From the sequence record SRR20825019_624: 64,000 nucleotides of DNA; one strand, written 5' to 3'. Position numbers and translations under genes: made by a program. The notes under the pieces are model-generated. The model saw only the letters and a program-made list of their open reading frames with translations. It was not told the DNA's origin and searched no databases. Positions 53,821 through 63,555 of the stretch are shown here, piece after piece; the stretch's first letter is position 1, and every line of letters begins with the position of its first letter.

Positions 53821-55137
53821 CTACTTGCTGCCCCACGAGCGCAGTTTGTAGCCCGCAACAGCGTAGTAGAGAATGAAGAGGTAACACGGCAGCGCCATCC
53901 AATAGGAGGCTTGCATGTCTCCGAGGCTGGTGGACAGCTTGCCAAGGACAAGCGGCAGGATCGCCCCGCCCGAAATGCCCATGATCAGGAGCGCTGACCC
54001 CTGGGCCGTGAACTTGCCGAGCCCTTCAAGCGCGAGCGGCCAAACCGCAGGCCAAACGAGCGCGTGCGCTAGCCCCATCAGCGCCACAAACATCACCGGG
54101 TTTGGCACCGTTGGAACGCCCGCCCAGCCGATGAGCACATCCGCAATCGCTGTTGATGAAGGTGACGTGAAGACAATACCCAGCACACACAGACAGCCTG
54201 CAATCGCCGAGCCGAGAAGGGCACGTTGTTGGCTAAAGAAGCGCGGGATACAGGTGACACCGATCAGATAGCCGATCACCATGAACACCATGGTGTAACT
54301 TGTGAGGGTGCCGAAGTGCGCCACACCAATGTTTTTACCAAACAGGCCAATGGTGTCGCCCGCGATCACTTCAACGCCCACATAAGCGAAGAGGGCAACA
54401 GCACCGAGGATCACTTGCGGGAACTGTACCACGCTGGTTCTCTTACTTGCGCCTTCGCTCAGGTCTTCCTCCGGGTCGATATGGGGCAACGGTGAAAATT
54501 TGACGAGGCCAATGAGCAGGAAAAGCACAATCGCCATATAAATATAGGGCATGATCAGGCGGTTCGACAGTTCCTGAATTTCCGCTTCAGACATGGCGGC
54601 TGCACCGTCATGTGCCATATCGCCCAGATCGGCAAGGATCAACGCCGTGAACACGATAGGCGCCACAACACCCGCACCCTTGTTGATGATACCCATGATG
54701 GAGATGCGCATGGCGGCGCTTTCCTTGGGGCCAACCATCACAACATAGGGGTTGGAGGCGGTTTGCAATATGGTCAGGCCAGTGCCCAGAACAAAAAGCC
54801 CGCTCAGGAAAAAGAGGTAATTGGCGGTGAGCGCGGCGGGGATGAACATCAAAATGCCTACCACCATGATCGCAAGCCCAAGCGCCATGCCGTTCCGGTA
54901 GCCTGTGCGGGCCAGCACACTCGCCATCGGCAGCGCCATCACCGTATAGGCGATATAAAAGGCGAAGGTTACAAACAGCGCCTGAAATTCGTTGAGGTCA
55001 CAGATGATCTGCAAAAACGGGATCAGAGATCCGTTCAACCAGGTCACGAACCCGAAAATAAAGAACAACACACCGATGATAGCCATGGGTATGACCGTGC
55101 TTGTCGGTTTTTCCTCGACGGGTAATGCCGCTTCCAT
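53821..55137 (-). CDS. nagP: GlcNAc MFS transporter (NagP; FucP/GluP family)
   Basis: LFFIFGFVTWLNG.LIP, LQTASNPYV, YVGVEV, WPAVWPLAL.GLG; last gene of the nagQ-nagB-nagA operon. Confidence 0.85.
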   Translation of the reverse strand: MEAALPVEEKPTSTVIPMAIIGVLFFIFGFVTWLNGSLIPFLQIICDLNEFQALFVTFAFYIAYTVMALPMASVLARTGYRNGMALGLAIMVVGILMFIPAALTANYLFFLSGLFVLGTGLTILQTASNPYVVMVGPKESAAMRISIMGIINKGAGVVAPIVFTALILADLGDMAHDGAAAMSEAEIQELSNRLIMPYIYMAIVLFLLIGLVKFSPLPHIDPEEDLSEGASKRTSVVQFPQVILGAVALFAYVGVEVIAGDTIGLFGKNIGVAHFGTLTSYTMVFMVIGYLIGVTCIPRFFSQQRALLGSAIAGCLCVLGIVFTSPSSTAIADVLIGWAGVPTVPNPVMFVALMGLAHALVWPAVWPLALEGLGKFTAQGSALLIMGISGGAILPLVLGKLSTSLGDMQASYWMALPCYLFILYYAVAGYKLRSWGSK

Positions 55138-55157
55138 AACGCCCTCCTATTTTCCCG

Positions 55158-56309
55158 TTATTGTTGTTTGGTCTTGTAATGTGTGCCGCCGATCCAAACC
55201 CCCTGGACCTCGACATTGTCATTAAGCAGTACCAGGTCGGCGCGCGCACCTGCGTGCAGGCTGCCGTATGTTTTTGAAAGGCCCAGAAAGGCCGCTGGCG
55301 TACCGCTCGCCATACGGAGTGCCGCATCAAGCGAAACGCCCAGCATCTCATGCGTGTTTTTCACGGCACTCGCCATATCAAGCGCTGAGCCCGCGAGCGT
55401 GCCGTCTGGCGCAGTTGCTTTGCCGTTCTCCACCGTGATGGGGCGGCCTTGCAGGATAAAGTTCGGGTCGTCCGCGCCCACACACGGCATGGCGTCTGTC
55501 ACCAGCATCAGGTGGTCCGCGCCTTTGGCGTGCAGCGCTACATTGAGGCTGGCTTTGTGAACGTGAAAGCCGTCCACAATGATGCCCGCATAGGCGCTAC
55601 GGCTTTCAAGGGCCGCGCCCACCACGCCCGGTGCCCGGCTTTCAAGCGCGGTCATGGCGTTATAGAGGTGAGTGAAACCCTTGAGTCCGGCCTTGAGGGC
55701 TGTGTTTGTATCCTCATAACTCGCCGCCGTATGCCCAGCCGAGAGGATAACACCTGCGTCCGTCAGGCGGCGGATCATCTCTGGCGTTGTGCGCTCTGGC
55801 GCGATTGTCACATGCGTGATGCCACGCTTGAGCGACGTCAGCAGCGAGAAAGCATCTTCATCAATGGTGCGGAATTTTTGCGGGTCGTGCACACCCTTCT
55901 TTTTTACATTCAGAAACGGGCCTTCAATATGGATACCGAGGATGCCGGGTACCCCAGCTTCAATCGCTTCTCCGGTCGCGCGCATGGCGCGGTCTACCAC
56001 TGAAAGGTCATCGCTGATAAGTGTTGGCAGCATGGCGGTGGTGCCAAACGCGCGGTGTGCTTCAGCAATTTTTATAATGCCGTCCACGGTGGGTGCGTCA
56101 TTAAATAGCACACCGCCGCCACCGTTCACTTGGGTATCGATAAAACCCGGTGTCAGTATATTGCCACCCAGTGAGATGCGTTCCATTTCAGCTGGAACTT
56201 CCGATACTTTCATGAGGCTTTTGATGGTGTCGCCTTCAATGATGAGCGCGATTTCATCGGTCCAGCGTGGGCCAATGAACATACGGGCATCTGTAAGCGC
56301 AAATGCCAT
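55158..56309 (-). CDS. nagA: N-acetylglucosamine-6-phosphate deacetylase
   Basis: PGFIDTQVNGGGG, GIHIEGPF, AGHT, THLYNAM, DGFH, LVTDAM, GTLAGS. The ATG overlaps the upstream stop (TGATG). Confidence 0.95.
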   Translation of the reverse strand: MAFALTDARMFIGPRWTDEIALIIEGDTIKSLMKVSEVPAEMERISLGGNILTPGFIDTQVNGGGGVLFNDAPTVDGIIKIAEAHRAFGTTAMLPTLISDDLSVVDRAMRATGEAIEAGVPGILGIHIEGPFLNVKKKGVHDPQKFRTIDEDAFSLLTSLKRGITHVTIAPERTTPEMIRRLTDAGVILSAGHTAASYEDTNTALKAGLKGFTHLYNAMTALESRAPGVVGAALESRSAYAGIIVDGFHVHKASLNVALHAKGADHLMLVTDAMPCVGADDPNFILQGRPITVENGKATAPDGTLAGSALDMASAVKNTHEMLGVSLDAALRMASGTPAAFLGLSKTYGSLHAGARADLVLLNDNVEVQGVWIGGTHYKTKQQ

Positions 56310-57376
56310 CACACGGTCTCCGTTACTTTATTGAGGTGTGGTGGTTCATCCGGGTTATAACCACGCGCGATGGAAAGCGCGTTCGCCATGCGGTAAAAGC
56401 TCTGGATAAAAAGGATTGGCTCGATCAGCGGATCAGCACCCTCAACGCTTGCGAGCGGTGCGGCACCGTCGGCTTTGAAGCCAGCGGTCATGACCTTGGC
56501 GCCTCGGCCGGTAAAATCATGCACGATATCTTCAACACCGCCGCGTGTGGCATCGTTTTGACTGAACACCAGAACCGGAAAACCTTCATTCACGATCGCC
56601 ATGGGGCCGTGTTTGACCTCAGCCGCCGAATAGGCTTCCGCGTGCAGGCCACAGGTTTCCTTGAACTTGAGCGCGGCTTCAAGCGCAATACCAAATCCGG
56701 CACCCCGGCCAACCACAAAGAAGTTGCGGGCTTCAAGCAAAGTTTCAACAGCGGCGCCCCATTCACAGGCCCATGCGGCGCTCAGGTGGCGGGGTAGGGC
56801 GGTGAGGGCGGCTTTCAGTTCCACGTCATCCTGCCAGTAGGCAACCAACTGCAGGATGGCACTCAGGGATGCAATATAGCTTTTGGTAGCAGCAACGCTT
56901 TTCTCCGGCCCGGCGTGCAGGGGCACAACAGCATCAGCCAGGTCTGCCAGTGGGGAGGCTGTTACGTTCACAAGTGCTACGACAAAAGCACCCGCAGCTT
57001 TCGCGGCTTCTGCCGTGCGTACCAGGTCTGGGCTCTTGCCTGACTGCGAGATAGCAATAAAAAGTGTGCCCTCAAGCATTTGTTTGGCCGCATAAACGGA
57101 GCTGACAGAAGGCGCGGCTGAGGAGACAAGAAGCCCTGCTTTTGTTTCAATTACATATTTGCCGTACATGGCCGCGTGGTCTGAACTGCCGCGCGCGCAA
57201 GTGACCACAGCACGAGGTTTGAGGGCCCGCAGGCGTTCCCCAAGCTCCACCATCAGCGGTTCGTTTTCGGCGAGCTGGCGGGCAACAACATGGCCTGCCT
57301 CGCGGGCTTCGCTGAACATCAAGGTGCTGTCGGGCTTGAGGGCGGTTTGTACTGTCATCGCTACTTCCTTACTCAT
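56309..57376 (-). CDS. nagB: SIS-domain glucosamine-6-phosphate deaminase (NagB-II)
   Basis: ARGSSDHAA, ISQSGKSPD, AGPEKSVAATKSY, EAALKFKET, HGP, PDEPPHLNKVTET. Lacks a glutaminase domain. Confidence 0.88.
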   Translation of the reverse strand: MSKEVAMTVQTALKPDSTLMFSEAREAGHVVARQLAENEPLMVELGERLRALKPRAVVTCARGSSDHAAMYGKYVIETKAGLLVSSAAPSVSSVYAAKQMLEGTLFIAISQSGKSPDLVRTAEAAKAAGAFVVALVNVTASPLADLADAVVPLHAGPEKSVAATKSYIASLSAILQLVAYWQDDVELKAALTALPRHLSAAWACEWGAAVETLLEARNFFVVGRGAGFGIALEAALKFKETCGLHAEAYSAAEVKHGPMAIVNEGFPVLVFSQNDATRGGVEDIVHDFTGRGAKVMTAGFKADGAAPLASVEGADPLIEPILFIQSFYRMANALSIARGYNPDEPPHLNKVTETV

Positions 57377-58107
57377 GCATGCAGTTCGGCGACAAAATCA
57401 TAAGCGTCGCCGCGATAATGGGATTGGGTCACTTCCACCGTGGTGCCGTTTGCGAGGAAACCACGGCGTTCAATAAAGAGACCGGCGTCGCCCGCGCTCA
57501 CGCCAAGGTCTGTGGCCTGTTTTTCGGTGAAGATGATGGCGCGCAGGCGCTGAAGCGCGCGCACCGGCCTGTGGCCTGTGGCTTCAAGCGCGGTATAAAG
57601 CGATGTTTCAACCGCGTCCAAGCCCGGCAGTGCGAAGGCTGGCACGATAGAGGTTTCAAGCGCCATGGGCGTGTTGTCGGCAAACCGGATACGGGTGAAA
57701 CGAAAAACCCGTGTGCCGGGGCCAAGGCCCAGATTCAGGCTTTCTTCAGGTGTGATCACGCCTTCTGAGCGCGCGACCCATTCGCTATGTGCTTTCCAGC
57801 CGCGTCCGGCCATATCTTCCGAAAAAGAAGACAGCCGCGAAAAAGGTTTTTCAACCCGGCCCGACACAAAGGTGCCAGCACCCTGTTTGCGATCCAGAAG
57901 ACCGTGTTGAACGAGACCGTCCAGCGCTTTCCTTACCGTGATACGGGAGACCAGCATGTCGCTCGCGATATCCCGCTCCGGCGGTAGCGCATCACCCTTG
58001 GGCAGTGCGCCGCGCTCAATAGCGCGTTCAATAGCGCGTGCCAACTGCTGGTACTTTGGCAGTGGGCTGGAGCCATCAAGCGGTCCGATCAAAGCGGAAA
58101 GAGCCAT
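57373..58107 (-). CDS. nagQ: GntR/HutC-family regulator with UTRA domain (NagQ)
   Basis: LPPER, VSRITVRKA, QGAGTFV, SSFSEDM..RG, SLY, YRGDAYDFVAEL; heads the nagB-nagA-nagP operon. Confidence 0.85.
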   Translation of the reverse strand: MALSALIGPLDGSSPLPKYQQLARAIERAIERGALPKGDALPPERDIASDMLVSRITVRKALDGLVQHGLLDRKQGAGTFVSGRVEKPFSRLSSFSEDMAGRGWKAHSEWVARSEGVITPEESLNLGLGPGTRVFRFTRIRFADNTPMALETSIVPAFALPGLDAVETSLYTALEATGHRPVRALQRLRAIIFTEKQATDLGVSAGDAGLFIERRGFLANGTTVEVTQSHYRGDAYDFVAELHA

Positions 58108-58155
58108 CGAATATGTTCCTTGTCTTCAAGATGCATACATCTCTATCACAACTAT

Positions 58156-58173
58156 AATACCAATTAAATACCA
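58156..58173 (-). promoter_or_regulatory. NagQ-type tandem TGGTATT direct repeats
   Basis: AATACCA at 58156-58162 and 58167-58173 (TGGTATT-N4-TGGTATT on the minus strand, 11-bp period), upstream of nagQ. Confidence 0.72.
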
Positions 58174-58260
58174 AAATAAGATCATTAGCGCTCGCCGTTA
58201 CAAATAAATTCCTTTATTGTCAGGAATAGGAAGCATTCTCGCAGGGATGCCATTGTGAAA

Positions 58261-58276
58261 TTGACAGCGGTGTCAA
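58261..58276. promoter_or_regulatory. LacI-family operator TTGACAGCGGTGTCAA and -35 of the zwf promoter
   Basis: 15/16 palindrome; TTGACA-N17-TAGGGT. Confidence 0.8.
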
Positions 58277-58319
58277 ATGAAAGTAGGGTCCGGCGCGAGT
58301 AATTTTTGGGAAGATTATA

Positions 58320-59798
58320 ATGGTAGATGTTTTCGATTTGGTCATCTTTGGTGGTGGCGGCGACCTCTCGCGGCGCAAGCTCTTGCCGGCTCTGTTCGCG
58401 GGCTTTGTCGCGGGCCGCGTGTCGGCCGACAGTCGCATATATCTGACCTCGCGTTCCGGCCTTGAGGGCTCGGTGCACGATTGGCTCAAAGAGGTATTCG
58501 ACGAGTCGCAGCCAGCATGCGACGTCAGCAAAGATCACTTGAAAACATTTTCGTCCATGGTGTCCATGGTTGAGCTTGGGCTCACCAAAGGCGGTGACGA
58601 CTGGGAAAGCCTCAAGGCTTCACTCGCCGGTGATGACGACAGACCACTTGTGCATTTTCTTGCGATCCCGCCCGGGCTTTTCACCAGCACGTGTGAGCTG
58701 CTTGGCCAGTATGGTCTGAACAGTAAGCGCGCCCGCGTAGTGCTTGAAAAACCACTGGGTCATGATCTTGCCAGCGCGCAAGCCATCAATGATGATGTTG
58801 GCCGTGCGTTCGGAGAAGACCAAACCTTCCGCATCGACCATTACCTTGGGAAAGAGGCAGTGCAGAACCTTCTGGCGCTGCGTTTTTCCAACATTCTATT
58901 TGAAGAGCTTTGGAGTGGTCGCACCATCGACCATATCCAGATCACCATCGCAGAGGATCAGGGCGTGCAGGGCCGTGCGGGGTTCTATGAAGGCACGGGG
59001 GCCATGCGCGATATGGTGCAGAACCACCTGCTGCAGCTTCTCTGCCTTGTGGCGATGGAGCCGCCAGCGCGACTGGACGCCGACAGCATCCGTGATGAAA
59101 AGCTTAAAGTTCTGAAATCATTGAAGCCACTTTCGGGTGCCGAGATTGACCGTAATGTTGTGCGCGCGCAGTATCAGTCTGGCGCCATGCATGGGTCGGC
59201 TGTTGGCAGCTACGCTGACGACCTTGAGCTTGAGCAACCAAGCAGCACCGAAACTTTTGTAGCGCTTAAAGCGCATATCGAGAATTGGCGGTGGGCCGGT
59301 GTGCCGTTTTACCTGCGTACGGGCAAACGCCTGCCGGACCGGTTTGCCGAGATTGTGATCCAGTTCAAGCCGGTGCCGCACGCGCCGCACCCGAACTGGG
59401 GGTCGAACCTGAGCCCGAACCGGTTTATTATTCGCCTGCAGCCGGAGGATCATCTGGCGCTCAGGATGATGGTGAAAAACCATAGTGCCAAGTCAGAGGC
59501 ACTCAAGGAAGTTGAGATGAACCTCGACGTGACCGGCGACGATGTGATCCGTCTGGGGCCTTATCTCAGGCTTATTCTCGATGCCGCTCGCGGGGACCAG
59601 AGCCTCTTTGTGCACCGTGACGAGGTTGAGCATGCCTGGCGCTGGGTTGACCGTATTATCGAACATTGGGAAAGCTCAGACGAGCCACCTGAAAGCTATC
59701 AGGCTGGCACTTGGGGCCCTTACGAAGCGCATGACCTGATGACCCGTGACCGACGGGAGTGGTTCCACGAAACCAGCGGCAGGAAGGTGGCCAAGTGA
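58320..59798 (+). CDS. zwf: Glucose-6-phosphate 1-dehydrogenase
   Basis: IFGGGGDLSRRKLLPAL, VLEKPLG, RIDHYLGKE, RDMVQNHLLQ, RWAGVPFYLRTGKR. Confidence 0.96.
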   Translation: MVDVFDLVIFGGGGDLSRRKLLPALFAGFVAGRVSADSRIYLTSRSGLEGSVHDWLKEVFDESQPACDVSKDHLKTFSSMVSMVELGLTKGGDDWESLKASLAGDDDRPLVHFLAIPPGLFTSTCELLGQYGLNSKRARVVLEKPLGHDLASAQAINDDVGRAFGEDQTFRIDHYLGKEAVQNLLALRFSNILFEELWSGRTIDHIQITIAEDQGVQGRAGFYEGTGAMRDMVQNHLLQLLCLVAMEPPARLDADSIRDEKLKVLKSLKPLSGAEIDRNVVRAQYQSGAMHGSAVGSYADDLELEQPSSTETFVALKAHIENWRWAGVPFYLRTGKRLPDRFAEIVIQFKPVPHAPHPNWGSNLSPNRFIIRLQPEDHLALRMMVKNHSAKSEALKEVEMNLDVTGDDVIRLGPYLRLILDAARGDQSLFVHRDEVEHAWRWVDRIIEHWESSDEPPESYQAGTWGPYEAHDLMTRDRREWFHETSGRKVAK

Positions 59799-60493
59799 TA
59801 ACCTGGTGCACCTTTGAAACCCGCGCGGAAATGGTTGACGCGCTTGAGGAAGATACGTCCGAAGCGCTGATGCGCGCGATCAAGAAACAGGGGCGTGCCG
59901 CGTGGGCCGTGTCTGGTGGATCGACGCCAAAACCACTTTTTGAAGCGATGGCCGAAGCACCGCTCGCGTGGGAAGATATTCAGGTAGCACTTGTTGATGA
60001 GCGCTGGGTGGAGACTGACCACCCGCGCAGCAATGAAACTTTCATGCGGAACGCACTGGCCCAGAAGTTGGCTGCGGAAGCGCATTTCCTGGGCATGAAA
60101 ACCAAGCATGCAAACCCCTTTGATGCGGTGGCGGACGTAAATAAACGCTATTCGGGCTTGTCGCTGCCGTTCGCAAGTGTTCTCTTGGGCATGGGGCCAG
60201 ACGGGCATACCGCTTCCCTTTTCCCTGAGGCGGAAGGCCTTGAAGATGCGATGGCGACAACAAACATGTCACCATGTGCAGCGCTCAAGGCGAAAAGAAG
60301 CGATGTTACCGGTGACGAGCTTGACCGGATGAGCCTGACAGCCGCAACGATAGCGGCCGCGCAGCACGTCGCCCTGATGATTACGGGGCTTGAGAAAAAA
60401 CAGGTGCTTGAACGTGCGCTGGCGACAGATACGCATCTGCCAATTGCGCGCCTCGCCCAAATGGCTGACATAACTGTATACTGGGCGCCCTGA
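59795..60493 (+). CDS. pgl: 6-phosphogluconolactonase
   Basis: VSGGSTP, LVDERWV...HPRSN, LLGMGPDGHTASLFP, RMSLT. The GTG start overlaps the zwf stop (GTGA). Confidence 0.93.
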   Translation: MITWCTFETRAEMVDALEEDTSEALMRAIKKQGRAAWAVSGGSTPKPLFEAMAEAPLAWEDIQVALVDERWVETDHPRSNETFMRNALAQKLAAEAHFLGMKTKHANPFDAVADVNKRYSGLSLPFASVLLGMGPDGHTASLFPEAEGLEDAMATTNMSPCAALKAKRSDVTGDELDRMSLTAATIAAAQHVALMITGLEKKQVLERALATDTHLPIARLAQMADITVYWAP

Positions 60494-60535
60494 TGTTTCG
60501 GGTGTACCCGCTGTCTGTAACGACGGGAGCGTAAC

Positions 60536-62347
60536 ATGACCCATCCAAAACTAGCCGAAATTACCGCGCGTGTGCACAAGCGGTCCGAGAAAAGCCGCGC
60601 CGCATACCTCGCGAACATTCAGGCCATGCGTGACGCCGGGCCTGCGCGCCCGCATCTTTCTTGTGGCAACCTGGCCCACGCCATCGCTGCCTGCTCGGAA
60701 GCTGAAAAAGAAAAGCTGATGCAGGAAGGCATGGTCAATATCGGCATTGTCAGCGCCTATAACGACATGCTGTCTGCTCACCAGCCCTATCACGCGAAAC
60801 TGGATGAAGTGAAAAACGCCGTCATCAATGCGGGCGGCGTAGCGCAAATGGCGGGCGGTGTGCCGGCCATGTGTGATGGTGTGACCCAAGGCCAGCCAGG
60901 CATGGAAATGTCGCTCTTCAGCCGGGAAGTGATCGCCATGGCAACGGGTATTGCCATGAGCCATAACGTCTTTGACGGCGGGCTTTTGTTCGGCATCTGC
61001 GACAAGATCGTGCCCGGACTTCTTATCGGCGCTATCGCGTTTGGGCACCTGCCATTTGTTTTTGTGCCAGCAGGGCCAATGCCCACTGGTATATCGAACG
61101 GCGAAAAGGCCAAAGTGCGGCAACAGTTCGCCAAGGGCGAAGTGGGCCGGGAAGAGCTTCTGCAAAGCGAAAGTCGCGCGTACCATAGTCCAGGCACCTG
61201 TACGTTTTACGGCACTGCAAACTCCAACCAGATGATGTTGGAGATGATGGGCCTGCAACTGCCTGGCAGCAGCTTCTTTGCACCCGGTGATGGTGTGCGG
61301 GAGGCGCTTGATGTGGCAGCGTCCGAGCGTATCGTAGCGCTTTCCGAGGCAAAAAACGGTGTCGGCCTTGCTGAAATGGTAACGGTAGAATCAGTGATCA
61401 ACGGCGCGATCGGCTTGCTCGCGACCGGTGGTTCAACCAACCACACCTTGCATATTGTGGCCATTGCGGCGGCAGCGGGTATACAGCTTACATGGCGGGA
61501 TTTTGCTGATTTATCCGAGATTATACCGCTGCTCGCGCGGGTGTATCCAAACGGTACGGCAGATGTGAATGCCTTCCACGAAGCGGGCGGTACGCCGTTC
61601 GTGATCAGGGAATTACTGGCCGGTGGTTTGTTGCACGAAGATGTGGAAACGATTTTGGGGCGCGGTTTGCGGCCATTCAGTGAAATGCCCGCAGTTGTTG
61701 GTGGCAAGCTGACGTGGCGTTTGTCGCCTGACCAGCCGGGAGATGAGATGATCCTGCGCAAGATCGACAAGCCTTTCCAGCCAACAGGCGGTTTGGCTGT
61801 GTTCAACGGTGCGCTTGGTGAAGCGGTGATGAAAGTTTCTGCAGTGAAGCCAGAGCACAGGTTTGTTGAGGCCCCTGCCATCGTGTTCGAGGATCAGGAT
61901 GATCTTCTTAAAGCCTATAAAGCAGGCGAGCTTGAGCGGGACTTCATCGCGGTTATCCGCTTCCAGGGGCCAAAGTCCAACGGTATGCCTGAGCTGCACA
62001 AGCTTACGCCAAGCCTTGGTGTGCTGCAGGATAAGGGCTTCAAGGTCGCGCTGGTGACAGATGGCCGGATGTCTGGCGCGTCTGGTAAAGTGCCTGCCGC
62101 CATTCATGTTACACCTGAGGCGGCGAACGGTGGCCCGATCGCACGTGTGCAGCACGGGGACATGATCCGCCTTGACGCGGAGAATGGTGTCTTGGAGCTT
62201 CTTGTGGACAAGGAAGAGTTTGAAAAACGCACACCATCGGGCGGCCTTCAAACGCCTGAAACATTTGGGCGTAATCTTTTCTCTGGTATGCGTGCGCTTG
62301 TGGGCCCGGCGAGTGGTGGGGCTTCTGTTTTTGCGGGATGGGAATAA
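60536..62347 (+). CDS. edd: Phosphogluconate dehydratase
   Basis: [72 protein letters not shown]. Confidence 0.97.
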   Translation: MTHPKLAEITARVHKRSEKSRAAYLANIQAMRDAGPARPHLSCGNLAHAIAACSEAEKEKLMQEGMVNIGIVSAYNDMLSAHQPYHAKLDEVKNAVINAGGVAQMAGGVPAMCDGVTQGQPGMEMSLFSREVIAMATGIAMSHNVFDGGLLFGICDKIVPGLLIGAIAFGHLPFVFVPAGPMPTGISNGEKAKVRQQFAKGEVGREELLQSESRAYHSPGTCTFYGTANSNQMMLEMMGLQLPGSSFFAPGDGVREALDVAASERIVALSEAKNGVGLAEMVTVESVINGAIGLLATGGSTNHTLHIVAIAAAAGIQLTWRDFADLSEIIPLLARVYPNGTADVNAFHEAGGTPFVIRELLAGGLLHEDVETILGRGLRPFSEMPAVVGGKLTWRLSPDQPGDEMILRKIDKPFQPTGGLAVFNGALGEAVMKVSAVKPEHRFVEAPAIVFEDQDDLLKAYKAGELERDFIAVIRFQGPKSNGMPELHKLTPSLGVLQDKGFKVALVTDGRMSGASGKVPAAIHVTPEAANGGPIARVQHGDMIRLDAENGVLELLVDKEEFEKRTPSGGLQTPETFGRNLFSGMRALVGPASGGASVFAGWE

Positions 62348-62349
62348 TC

Positions 62350-62979
62350 ATGTCTGACGTTGTCGCGGTACTGAAAAAATCACCGGTCATTCCGGTGCTG
62401 GCGTTTGTGAACGAAGAAGAAGCGGTTAATGTTTGCCGCGTGCTTTTTGACGAGGGCTTGAGCGTGCTTGAGATTACGCTCCGGCACCCCACAGCACTAG
62501 CAGCCATCAATGCCGTGAAACAGGATTTGCCCGACGATGCCTGTGTGGGTGCGGGCACAGTGATCACGCCCGACCTTGCGGAAGCATCGGTTGAGGCGGG
62601 GGCGGAATTTGGCGTGAGCCCTGGGCTGACGCCTGAGCTGGCGGCTGCTGTGAAGCGGCTCAACTGGCCGTTCCTGCCCGGTGTTGCCACGCTTTCAGAA
62701 GCCATGCAGGCGCGGGAATGGGGGTTTGAGGCACTGAAATTTTTCCCTGCCAATATCTCAGGCGGAACCGGTTTCCTCAAGGCGGTTGGCAGCGTGTTGC
62801 CTGACCTGACATTTTGCCCAACCGGTGGCATTTCTGTGGATACGGCCCCTGATTATCGCGCGCTTCCAAACGTTGCGACTGTGGGTGGGTCATGGATCAC
62901 GCCGCGCAGTAAAGGCGGCGATATCGACCTTGGCCTCGTGCGTGAACTTGCCCGTACCGCAGTGGAAGCGGCGCATTAA
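62350..62979 (+). CDS. eda: KDPG/KHG aldolase
   Basis: PVIPV, LEITLR, VGAGTV, FGVSPG, LKFFPA, FCPTGGI, VGGSW. Confidence 0.95.
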   Translation: MSDVVAVLKKSPVIPVLAFVNEEEAVNVCRVLFDEGLSVLEITLRHPTALAAINAVKQDLPDDACVGAGTVITPDLAEASVEAGAEFGVSPGLTPELAAAVKRLNWPFLPGVATLSEAMQAREWGFEALKFFPANISGGTGFLKAVGSVLPDLTFCPTGGISVDTAPDYRALPNVATVGGSWITPRSKGGDIDLGLVRELARTAVEAAH

Positions 62980-63051
62980 AACACATTTTTCGTTGTTTTT
63001 TGGCCCACCGCCTTGTTTGATAGCCTTGTGATCTGAAGGGGAGCAGGGCGC

Positions 63052-63459
63052 ATGGGCAATATACCACTCACAATTCTATACACCGGGCTTTTTGGGCTGT
63101 TGATGGCGATCCTGTCGATCAGGGTATCCTTCGCGCGTGCTCGTGCGGATATCGAGTTTGGCGACGGTGGCGAGCCAGACCTCACGACCCGAATCCGTGT
63201 GTTCGGAAATTTCACCGAGCATGTGCCCATCATGCTTTTGATGTTTTTGGTGCTTGAGCTTGCGCACACACGTGCGCTTTTACTGCACGGGCTTGGTACA
63301 GGACTCTTGTTCGCGCGTATCATCCACGCGGTGTGCCTAAAGGTGGAAAGCCCACCAACACCGTGGCGGCGTATGGGGCGTTTTGTGTCCGCCCTTGGCA
63401 CCTGGCTCATCTTGCTCACCATGAGCTTGCTACTCATCAAACCTTATATTTTGCAGTAA
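63052..63459 (+). CDS. MAPEG-family membrane protein (YecN-like)
   Basis: LS.RV...R.....GDGG...L...IR..GNF.E.VP, R..HA; hydrophobic helices. Confidence 0.85.
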   Translation: MGNIPLTILYTGLFGLLMAILSIRVSFARARADIEFGDGGEPDLTTRIRVFGNFTEHVPIMLLMFLVLELAHTRALLLHGLGTGLLFARIIHAVCLKVESPPTPWRRMGRFVSALGTWLILLTMSLLLIKPYILQ

Positions 63460-63555
63460 AATTGAACGATCGTTGAAAAATTGCAATGTGGGCTATTGAC
63501 CCAGGCCAGCAAAGGCCACTAGGCTCGCTCCCGAATAGGTGGAGGGGAGGCCATC

